A DNA stretch of 53,462 nucleotides from positions 3,294 to 56,755 of the forward strand of contig CAYJBC010000002.1 in NCBI GenBank assembly GCA_964368535.1, written 5' to 3'. Of this stretch, positions 8,694-16,181 are shown one piece after another. Origin of the DNA: an uncultured Muribaculaceae bacterium. GTDB taxonomy: Bacteria > Bacillota_I > Bacilli_A > RF39 > UBA660. The position numbers and the translations under genes were made by a program. The first letter of the stretch is position 1, and every line of letters begins with the position of its first letter. Under the pieces are notes generated by a model. It was not told the DNA's origin. It ran no database searches and was given only the letters and a program-made list of their open reading frames with translations.

Positions 8694-10019
8694 TTATGCT
8701 TCATATATTTGTTTACTGAATCCAAAGTCAACAGTTATTTGTTTTCCTTCGATAGCCCAGTCATAGTTATCTATGTCTTGACCTTCTAAGTAAATATATA
8801 CTCTAATTTTTGTAATACTATTTGGTGCTAAAGTCATGATTGATGGTCTTTCATCAGCATTCAATAATTTTTCAGTGTCTGTAAATGTATCAAAAGCTTC
8901 TAAAGTTGCAGCTCCAGCATTTGGATAAGCAGTTGTTCCATCAGGCATTGTATCTGGCACTTCTGGTACAGCTAAACCATTAAATCCACCATCATAAATG
9001 TTAACATCCATATCAGATGAAATATCAGTTGCTACTGCATATGTAGTATAAGCAGTTCCATTAGCTATTGCTATACAACCTTTAGTTGTAAATCCAGCAC
9101 CAGTTGGAGCAGTTGCTGTTCCTCTATAACCACAGTTATTATTATAATAATTAATTGCACCATCTACGTGAGCTTTATCATTTGGTTCCCAAATACTAGC
9201 AGTTCTACAAATACCAGTAACTACACCAGCTTCACTTGTACAAGTAATACCTGTGATAGTTGCAGCATCAGTTTCAGTACCTTCAACACGTCCTACTTGA
9301 GCAAATGCTACACGAACAGAGTTTTCGATTCCTGAAGCTTGTCTAATTGTATCTTCTGCAGCATCAGTAGTTCCACCGTTATCTCCAGTTAGAGTTACTG
9401 CTACATTTGATTCATCAATTAAATAAATTGCTTCTTCATCAGCAGGATTTAATGCTTCTATATATTGAGCCCCAGTATAATTTTTAACGAATAAGTCAAA
9501 AGCAATATATCCATCTACTTCAGCCACTGGTTGATGTCCAGCAGTAGCATCATCACCATCTAAAGTGTTTTCTACTTGACTAGCCATTAGTCTAGTACCA
9601 TATGGTGGTGTAGGACTTAAACTTGCTTTTTCATACATTACTAATCTTGAAGAAGTAGTATCCATTTCTCCAACAGATGACATAGGTATTAATCCAACAG
9701 GATCGTTTACACCATCACCATCAGTATCAGTATCTAATCTTCCAGTCCATGAGTTTGTATTTCCAACATAAGCACTTGTTCCAGTAACATCTTCAATTGT
9801 ATCTGGATCAATATCTATTGTATCTGACCAATTAGCACCATCAAGTGATAATTCTAAACTATCAGTAGCAGCGATTTTTACTGTAAAATCTTCTACTCTA
9901 ACTTCGTCAAGACCAATAAACCATGCATAAGTTGAAACTATTAAGATAATCGCAGTTAATGTTGTTACTGCAGCTAAATTTCTTATGTTTCTTTTTTGTT
10001 TTGCGTTTCTTTTTTGCAT
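8694..10019 (-). CDS. TasA/camelysin-like fibre protein paralogue (candidate major subunit)
   Basis: 441 aa, roughly half-identical by eye to 7364..8668. STYAWFIGLDEVRVEDFTVKIAATDSLELSLDG, VDGYIAFDLFVKNYTGAQYIE, GIENSVRVAFAQ, GITC...TGIC, WEPN. C-terminus RPSIMTLAPNSITKIRVYIYLEGQDIDN...GKQITVDFGFSKQ. Confidence 0.7.
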   Translation of the reverse strand: MQKRNAKQKRNIRNLAAVTTLTAIILIVSTYAWFIGLDEVRVEDFTVKIAATDSLELSLDGANWSDTIDIDPDTIEDVTGTSAYVGNTNSWTGRLDTDTDGDGVNDPVGLIPMSSVGEMDTTSSRLVMYEKASLSPTPPYGTRLMASQVENTLDGDDATAGHQPVAEVDGYIAFDLFVKNYTGAQYIEALNPADEEAIYLIDESNVAVTLTGDNGGTTDAAEDTIRQASGIENSVRVAFAQVGRVEGTETDAATITGITCTSEAGVVTGICRTASIWEPNDKAHVDGAINYYNNNCGYRGTATAPTGAGFTTKGCIAIANGTAYTTYAVATDISSDMDVNIYDGGFNGLAVPEVPDTMPDGTTAYPNAGAATLEAFDTFTDTEKLLNADERPSIMTLAPNSITKIRVYIYLEGQDIDNYDWAIEGKQITVDFGFSKQIYEA

Positions 10020-10036
10020 AACTTCTCTCTTTCCTC

Positions 10037-10735
10037 CTATTTTTCGACTATTTCTGAATTAAATTTCATTTGTAGTTTAATTTCTCCACCAATAATATTA
10101 TTAGTGGTTTCTGGATCTTTACCTTCCAGCCATATTACAATAGTATATTTTGTAATATCACCTGGAGCAAAATCCAAAGTATCATCAACCACAACTAGCT
10201 TATCAGATGCAAAAGGCACAGTTCCTTCTTCAGGCTCACCAGAAGCTGATTCTTTTGCGTAAGTGACTACTTCACCATTCTTGTAAACTTTAATCCTTAC
10301 AGCTTCGTCGACATTTCTTATAACATCATCTATAAGTATTTCAGAATGGTAATCAGTTACAGCTTCTCCTGTATTTTCGATGTAAAATGTATAAGAAATA
10401 TAATTATCTCCATTATTAGATCCGCCCCCATGCGAATCTAAGTCAGCAGGTAACCAACTTTCTGCTACATTATCGAAAGTATCAATCGATGGTGCAACTA
10501 ACTCCGATCTGTACGTTTTATAATTAGGATCATCATAAATGATAAGACCCCTCTCATAATACAAATTCCTATCGAGTGTTATCGTGAAATTTCCACTATT
10601 ATAAACAAACCCAATTACAAGATACGAAAATATAACAGCTAAGATTAGAACTACTATTGCTAATTTAGCAATTTTAATTAACTTCTTATCCCTTCTTATT
10701 TTCTTAGCATCAATTGTAAATTTATTTTCTTCCAT
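10037..10735 (-). CDS. Membrane-anchored TasA-like protein lacking the AWF signal motif (possible anchor or nucleator)
   Basis: The track ORF begins at 10807. ATG at 10735 (MEENKFTIDAKKIRRDKK...) follows AAGGAG. One TM (IAKLAIVVLILAVIFSYLVIGFVY). C-terminus GDITKYTIVIWLEGKDPETTNNIIGGEIKLQMKFNSE matches the family strand motif. Confidence 0.55.
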   Translation of the reverse strand: MEENKFTIDAKKIRRDKKLIKIAKLAIVVLILAVIFSYLVIGFVYNSGNFTITLDRNLYYERGLIIYDDPNYKTYRSELVAPSIDTFDNVAESWLPADLDSHGGGSNNGDNYISYTFYIENTGEAVTDYHSEILIDDVIRNVDEAVRIKVYKNGEVVTYAKESASGEPEEGTVPFASDKLVVVDDTLDFAPGDITKYTIVIWLEGKDPETTNNIIGGEIKLQMKFNSEIVEK

Positions 10736-10811
10736 ATTTATCAATCTCCTTGATATCAACAAGAAATATTTACTCTTGAGTGTATTGATATCTTGTCTAT
10801 AATACAAATTA

Positions 10812-10840
10812 ATTATATAAAATAAAACATTCTAAGTCAA
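10812..10840 (-). promoter_or_regulatory. Sigma-A-type promoter for the 10735->4398 fibre operon
   Basis: On the minus strand TTGACT-17 nt-TATAAT (-35 at 10840-10835, -10 at 10817-10812), about 70 nt upstream of the start codon. Confidence 0.5.
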
Positions 10841-10963
10841 TATAATTTGTATTATTTTGTCGAATATTTTTGTAAAGTTTACTATATACTTTACTAATGA
10901 CGTTTTAACTTTAATTTATGTGTAAAATTTTACGTTATTTTATGATTATTTACATAAAATGTA

Positions 10964-10992
10964 TTGCGATATATACATATTATATATATAAT
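10964..10992 (+). promoter_or_regulatory. Sigma-A-type promoter for 11015..11638
   Basis: TTGCGA-17 nt-TATAAT, then AAGGAAG SD 7 nt before the ATG. Confidence 0.45.
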
Positions 10993-11014
10993 GATGTTGT
11001 AAAGGAAGATTGTT

Positions 11015-11638
11015 ATGAAAAAAAGAGTAAGAATATTATTTTTGTTTGTATCTGTTGTAATTACCCTTAGTATGATTAGCAGCACATATTCTCGGTATGT
11101 AGCTGATACTACTGGAACTGTTGATGTTTCTCTTTCCAAATGGCAAATACTTGTAAATGAAACAGATATTGTTCAAAATGCATCTTCAACCATAGAGTTT
11201 ACTCCTCATATTGAACAAAATAATAATGTGACTAATAATACATTAGCTCCTACATCTACTGGATACTTCGATATAGAAGTAGATCCTACAAATGTTGATT
11301 TATCTTTTAGATACAGTATTGAATTAAGTTCTGCAAGTACTGATGTTCCTGATTTTATAATTAATAAATACGAAATACTTGAAGGTGATACTTTAGTTAG
11401 CAATCCTTTGAATATAATAAATATAAGTAATGGTATTATAGAAAACACACTGCTTTATAATAGTAATGTTGAAAATTATATACATGAAAAGTTTACTATA
11501 AGAGTTTACTTTGAATGGTTTGATGGTGATACTAATATAATGACTGATGAGCAAGATACCGAAGTTGGTAATAGAGCTGCAATCGAAGATTTAAAAGTTG
11601 CAATACAAGCTAATGTAACATTTGAACAAGTTATTTAA
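11015..11638 (+). CDS. Small TasA/camelysin-like secreted protein, the only plus-strand gene in the locus
   Basis: 207 aa. N-terminus MKKRVRILFLFVSVVITLSMISSTYSRYVADTTGT, a variant of the T-Y-A-x-F-x-D class signal. FTIRVYFEWFDGDTN and KVAIQANVTFEQV parallel the RVY..EG.D and terminal-strand motifs of the paralogues. Confidence 0.55.
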   Translation: MKKRVRILFLFVSVVITLSMISSTYSRYVADTTGTVDVSLSKWQILVNETDIVQNASSTIEFTPHIEQNNNVTNNTLAPTSTGYFDIEVDPTNVDLSFRYSIELSSASTDVPDFIINKYEILEGDTLVSNPLNIINISNGIIENTLLYNSNVENYIHEKFTIRVYFEWFDGDTNIMTDEQDTEVGNRAAIEDLKVAIQANVTFEQVI

Positions 11639-11652
11639 TAACTTGTTTTTTT
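11625..11652 (+). terminator. Intrinsic terminator between convergent genes
   Basis: AACAAGTTAT-tta-ATAACTTGTT (10-bp stem spanning the TAA stop) followed by TTTTTTAT. A second small hairpin TTATGC-A8-GCATAA follows at 11651-11670. Confidence 0.65.
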
Positions 11653-11671
11653 ATGCAAAAAAAAGCATAAG

Positions 11672-12898
11672 CTATATTGTGCTTAATGCTGTTTTATCTG
11701 CGATTATTACAGGTACTACTTTACATTGATTAGTTTTATTATTTGAATATAGTTGACTGCGAGATGTATTTATCGATCCTATTGCAAAACCATTATCTAC
11801 ATCATACTCACTATTAGTCCAAACACAAGTTGCTGTATATAATGAAGAAAATTTATCATTAGAATATGTAAAGTTACCTCCATATGTTATAGTATCTGTT
11901 ATTTTTTTATCACTTCTACCATCATAGTTAACTGAACCTATTATAATATCTGACATATTTTCTTTTTCTATATAACTGTTTACAATATCTTTAGATATTA
12001 TATTAAGTACATCTGTTGCTTCTAAAGGTCTTGTATCAACTGTCCATGAAGCAACTCTTGAATTATATGTTGTTAGATACGCATCATAACTGCTTAATGA
12101 AGCTGCTGATTTTACATCAGGTAATAATGTAACTGTATTTTCAGATAATAAATTATCTATATCAATTACATTTGTTTTTAAACAAGTTGAGCTAATTGTT
12201 GTACAAGATTTATTATTAACTACATCAAATAATACTATGTCTCCTAATCTATAATCTCTATCCGAAGCTTCTGGCGAAGATTCAACTGTTTGTTCAGCTA
12301 TTACATCAATTACTATTTCAATCGGATTTTTTACTTCATAAGATGAATCCAATGCTAACTTATCATTTTCACTTACTGCAAAATTATATGCCTTTAATCC
12401 CCATTGACTATCTAATGCATCATTTCCAGTATCAAGAGGCCATGATATCGATACTTCAAAAGTACTATATCCAGTTCTGTACGGTAATAGTGTGTCACTT
12501 AAACTTACATCTATATGAAATGGATATTCATGCGCTAGTGCATCCTCTATTTGTTCGCTAGTTCTTACTGGATCGGTTAATAGCAAATCTTCTTCGAAAA
12601 CTCTAGCAGATTCAACATATGTATAAAGTTTTGCATCTGCATCTCCAAAATTATTGATTTCAATTACTTCAGTAACAGTTTCCATTCCTGGATATATTTC
12701 TGCAGATGTAATTACTATACTATTTGTAACTGATGTACTATCATCAGTGAATTCTATGTTCCACGCTCTTACATCTACAACAGCTGATACTGTTGTGCTA
12801 TTCATTCCTGTAAACCAGGCATAAGTTACTGAGGCAAACAATATAACTATAAGTATTAGAACGAATATTTTTAATTTTGTAATATTTCTTTTAATCAT
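11672..12898 (-). CDS. TasA-like N-terminal domain protein with SipW-cognate-type signal and a distinct C-terminal domain
   Basis: 408 aa. N-terminus ...LILIVILFASVTYAWFTGMNSTT. FEVSISWPLDTGND...IEIVIDVIAEQ strand pattern. C-terminal half ends CVWTNSEY...KVVPVIIADK, echoing the YTMS...VVRPVISIK end of 878..2515. SD AAAGGAG. Confidence 0.6.
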   Translation of the reverse strand: MIKRNITKLKIFVLILIVILFASVTYAWFTGMNSTTVSAVVDVRAWNIEFTDDSTSVTNSIVITSAEIYPGMETVTEVIEINNFGDADAKLYTYVESARVFEEDLLLTDPVRTSEQIEDALAHEYPFHIDVSLSDTLLPYRTGYSTFEVSISWPLDTGNDALDSQWGLKAYNFAVSENDKLALDSSYEVKNPIEIVIDVIAEQTVESSPEASDRDYRLGDIVLFDVVNNKSCTTISSTCLKTNVIDIDNLLSENTVTLLPDVKSAASLSSYDAYLTTYNSRVASWTVDTRPLEATDVLNIISKDIVNSYIEKENMSDIIIGSVNYDGRSDKKITDTITYGGNFTYSNDKFSSLYTATCVWTNSEYDVDNGFAIGSINTSRSQLYSNNKTNQCKVVPVIIADKTALSTI

Positions 12899-12919
12899 TT
12901 GTTAACTCCTTTCATTAAC

Positions 12920-13492
12920 TTATTCCCTTGGTATATTTCTTCTTTTTGCTTCCTTTTCAAGCATTCTACTTATTATTTCATACCCTATAATAAATAGTAC
13001 TGGAACTATTATTAATAAGTACATACCTAAAGGTGTACTTATAATATTGTATATAAATGATAAAAATGCTGCGTTATGAACTACTACTCCATATATTTGT
13101 TCTTCACTAACTATTGGATCTTCTACCTCATTAGCTATACCTTTAGTTCTGAATAAAAGATTCCCATCTTCGTCAGTTTCTATATCGATAACTGCATGTG
13201 TAACAACTTTATCTTTGAATTCCCCTTCAGTTCCCAGATAACTTATATCGTCACCTATTTCTATATCATTTGGGTCTTTTTCTATACTTATTAAAATGTC
13301 TCCTACCTCATACTTAGGAATCATACTACCAGTTAATACACTAAACATTCTTATATTTAAAAATGCAAATTCGTTATTACTAAATCTCTGAAGACCAACC
13401 ATAAGCACAAAACATATTATAAATATACCTATTAATATTTTGGTCAAAAGTTTTATTATAGAGAAAACCTTTTTAACTTTCTTATTTTTCAT
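12920..13492 (-). CDS. sipW: Signal peptidase I, SipW (ER/archaeal, Ser-His) type
   Basis: 190 aa. N-terminal TM, VLTGSMIPKYEVGDILI (catalytic Ser box), VVTHAVIDI (His box), FRTKGIANEVEDP (TKGD-N box), C-terminal TM plus basic tail. Lies immediately upstream of the TYAWF-signal proteins. Confidence 0.8.
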   Translation of the reverse strand: MKNKKVKKVFSIIKLLTKILIGIFIICFVLMVGLQRFSNNEFAFLNIRMFSVLTGSMIPKYEVGDILISIEKDPNDIEIGDDISYLGTEGEFKDKVVTHAVIDIETDEDGNLLFRTKGIANEVEDPIVSEEQIYGVVVHNAAFLSFIYNIISTPLGMYLLIIVPVLFIIGYEIISRMLEKEAKRRNIPRE

Positions 13493-13500
13493 CTTATCAA

Positions 13501-14640
13501 TTACAAGTATTCTTGTACCCTTTCTAAGTATTCATCCATAGCATTTTTAAATTTATTTTTAATATCTTGATTTGCTACTTTACTTTTATCATCCATATTA
13601 TGATTGTCATTACCTAAATTATTTGCGATAAGTTCAAGTATTTCATCATCTGTTATATTAAATCCACATTTCTTTAATAAATCTAATAATCTCTTTATCT
13701 CATCATTTATTAATGATAATGCATATTTATTTAATTTTTCTTTTTGTTCTTTTTTTGTTTTACAAACACTTTCTAATACATAAAAATCTACTAAAAATGA
13801 ATGATCTAATAATCCCATCAATAAATCTGAACCATCAGAATCTAAACCTTTTCTTTTATCACCTTGATTATCAAGATAATTATATAAAAAGTTCCATAAC
13901 TCTACTGCCATTTTGAAATTAGGATTTTTAAGAATTATATTTGTCTTCTTAATTGGTGGATTAACTAGTTTAACTCTGGCTTTTTCCAACTGTTTAAATA
14001 ATTCACTTCTTTGCCAAGAAGACAAATAATCTTTAACCCTATTAATTCTTTTTCTTATACTGCTTATTTCATCTAATAAATCTTTATTTAAATCTGGCTT
14101 TGATACATCTGTTGCTTTAAGAAGAACTTGCATTTTAATTTCTTCATTCGCTACTCTTGTAGTACCCATATATTCTAGTTTACGAGTACGATCTATTAGA
14201 AGTTCATCTAGTTCTTTTTCCTTTTTTGCTATAAATCTAGCCAGAAAATAAATAACTGTGTAAAGGAATCTATTTTCATAAATATTATAAGTTTCTTCAC
14301 TTTTAATATTTAGTATTTTAGATGGTCTAACATCACCTTTGGGAGTAACATCATCAATATAATAGTTATGAACTGCTAAGTCTTTAATACTTTCAACAGT
14401 TATTTTTTTAGCCTTTTCAATTAATTCAACTTCCGCTTCATTTATTAGTATTAATTTAGGATTTCTTACAACATTGTCAAGGTAAGGGCAAGACTCTTCA
14501 ACGATATCTATCCAATCAAAGTTGATTGAGTCTCCATCCATTTTTGCTTTGTATTGCATATCTGATGTTATTTTTTCAAAGAACACTTTATTCTTTTTCT
14601 TAATCTCAACATCAATATCCTTATCGATTAAATCAGCCAT
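13501..14640 (-). CDS. DUF2357/McrC-N-like partner protein with no recognisable nuclease motif
   Basis: 379 aa with SD AGGGAGG. TYNIYENRFLYTVIYFLARFI and KNPNFKMAVELWNFLYNYL resemble the ENRF-type motifs I associate with DUF2357/McrC-like partners of McrB ATPases. I see no PD-(D/E)xK-like D...(D/E)xK block and no TM segment. Starts 23 nt after the McrB-like gene. Confidence 0.4.
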   Translation of the reverse strand: MADLIDKDIDVEIKKKNKVFFEKITSDMQYKAKMDGDSINFDWIDIVEESCPYLDNVVRNPKLILINEAEVELIEKAKKITVESIKDLAVHNYYIDDVTPKGDVRPSKILNIKSEETYNIYENRFLYTVIYFLARFIAKKEKELDELLIDRTRKLEYMGTTRVANEEIKMQVLLKATDVSKPDLNKDLLDEISSIRKRINRVKDYLSSWQRSELFKQLEKARVKLVNPPIKKTNIILKNPNFKMAVELWNFLYNYLDNQGDKRKGLDSDGSDLLMGLLDHSFLVDFYVLESVCKTKKEQKEKLNKYALSLINDEIKRLLDLLKKCGFNITDDEILELIANNLGNDNHNMDDKSKVANQDIKNKFKNAMDEYLERVQEYL

Positions 14641-14663
14641 GCTCTAGCCTCCCTTTCATTCTT

Positions 14664-16181
14664 TTAAATTGATTTTTTTATGTATTCTATAAATTCAATA
14701 CATTCTTTCATAACACCTTTACCACATTCCTTATTTAAGAATGAAATAAAAGGATCTAACTCATCACGTATAAACGCTATATTTAATTGTTCAAATTTTC
14801 TTAATATTTTTTTAGCTATAAAGTAATCTATGGCTTCAATCTCTGATCCGCCACATGCTACATATACTGGCGCAAATGTTTTAAGCTGTTTCATAATACG
14901 ATTACCAAATGCTATTCTAAAATGATTAATAACATAATCATCTATTTTAGCCAACTTATTTAAACCATCTTCAGTTACTGGATATTTTACAATAGCCTCT
15001 TCAAATAAATTTTCTAAATATGTTGCATTCATTGGCAATGCATCTTGTTTTCTTGATTCAAATGGTTTAATTTTTTTGTTAATATCTATCGGTATCGCTC
15101 TGTCATAAACCTTATCTGTTACCATATAAGTTGAATCATCGTTATTAATTGTACCTATATACCAAAGATTTCCAGGCAATCTCAATTTACCATTATCAAG
15201 TTTTGCTGCGTCATGTGGCCAACCACTTGTAACAAGCTCAATAACCCATTCATCTCTTGCTGGAATTTCTAGAATAGATAACATTTCTGCAAAATAATAT
15301 TCTACTCTAGCAATGTTCATTTCATCTAGTATAATTGTATGAACATTATCATCAAAACTCGCTGCATAAATTTCTCCAAGTGCTTCAGTTTCAGTGAATT
15401 TTTTAGTAAATTCATTGAAATATCCTAGGAATTCAGTTTTATCTTTCCAAGATGGCTGAACTGATGCTACTACTGAATCATTAGCAACAAATTTACCCCA
15501 CGCATATGCTAAAGAAGTTTTACCTGTTCCTGATATACCTTGAAGAATTATTAACCTACTTGATGCAAGGCCTGCGATAAATGTTCTTAACAGGGAATGA
15601 TCATAAAATAATTTTAGACTACTTGCAGAAAATGCTCTAAAATCATCTGTCATTTGCTCTAATGTAAAATTATTATTGTAATTTTCAGGTGTATAATCTA
15701 CAAACTGCTCATCAATAAGTTCAAGTTTTGGAAATCTATGGGCATTTTCTTTTGTTTCTTCATCAACTTCATCTTCTGGATTAATACCATCTTCGCCCTC
15801 TTCATCAGGATTTAAGCCTAATTGAGAAACTTTCATAGCCATTAATTCAGCATTTTCTTTCATTAATTTTCTAACTTGATTATTTAATTTATCTACTTCT
15901 TCTAGTAGTGAATCATTACTTATTTTATGAGTTTTATTTCTCACAAATTTTCTTACATATAAGAAAATAAGGAAAGCTATTAAACCTATAATAAGTACAA
16001 TAATACCTACTGCTATTGCTGTAAATAGCCATTCAGGTCCATCAAATTCTTTGCTGTAATTATCTATAATTTTTACATAATTACCGAAATTAAATATTCC
16101 TACTATACCTTCCCATATTGATTGTAATCCTGAAACAAATATATCAAAGAATTCGTAAAAAAATCTTAAAAATGTATCCAT
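14664..16181 (-). CDS. Membrane-anchored McrB-family AAA+ (AAA_5) NTPase
   Basis: 505 aa. TM helix (WLFTAIAVGIIVLIIGLIAFLIFLYV), coiled-coil, acidic linker. Then Walker A LQGISGTGKTSLA, SVQPSWKDKTEFLGYFN, Walker B plus family signature IILDEMNIARVEYYFAEMLSILE, and IGTINNDDSTYMVTDKVYDRA (the McrB MNxxDR-like block). Start overlaps the stop of the upstream gene by 1 nt (TAATG). Confidence 0.7.
   Translation of the reverse strand: MDTFLRFFYEFFDIFVSGLQSIWEGIVGIFNFGNYVKIIDNYSKEFDGPEWLFTAIAVGIIVLIIGLIAFLIFLYVRKFVRNKTHKISNDSLLEEVDKLNNQVRKLMKENAELMAMKVSQLGLNPDEEGEDGINPEDEVDEETKENAHRFPKLELIDEQFVDYTPENYNNNFTLEQMTDDFRAFSASSLKLFYDHSLLRTFIAGLASSRLIILQGISGTGKTSLAYAWGKFVANDSVVASVQPSWKDKTEFLGYFNEFTKKFTETEALGEIYAASFDDNVHTIILDEMNIARVEYYFAEMLSILEIPARDEWVIELVTSGWPHDAAKLDNGKLRLPGNLWYIGTINNDDSTYMVTDKVYDRAIPIDINKKIKPFESRKQDALPMNATYLENLFEEAIVKYPVTEDGLNKLAKIDDYVINHFRIAFGNRIMKQLKTFAPVYVACGGSEIEAIDYFIAKKILRKFEQLNIAFIRDELDPFISFLNKECGKGVMKECIEFIEYIKKSI

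Noticed and set aside
10930-11139. Minus-strand 69-aa ORF across the divergent promoter region
   Set aside because: It overlaps the promoter, SD and start of the well-supported plus-strand gene. Its product is Ile/Tyr/Asn-rich, typical of AT-rich noise.
13501-16181. Reading the AAA+/partner pair as an ordinary McrBC restriction system
   Set aside because: The ATPase has a TM anchor and lacks any recognisable N-terminal DNA-binding domain. The partner shows no PD-(D/E)xK block by eye. Both genes are translationally or tightly coupled to signal-peptidase genes. This reading is not fully excluded; see finding 1 for decisive tests.
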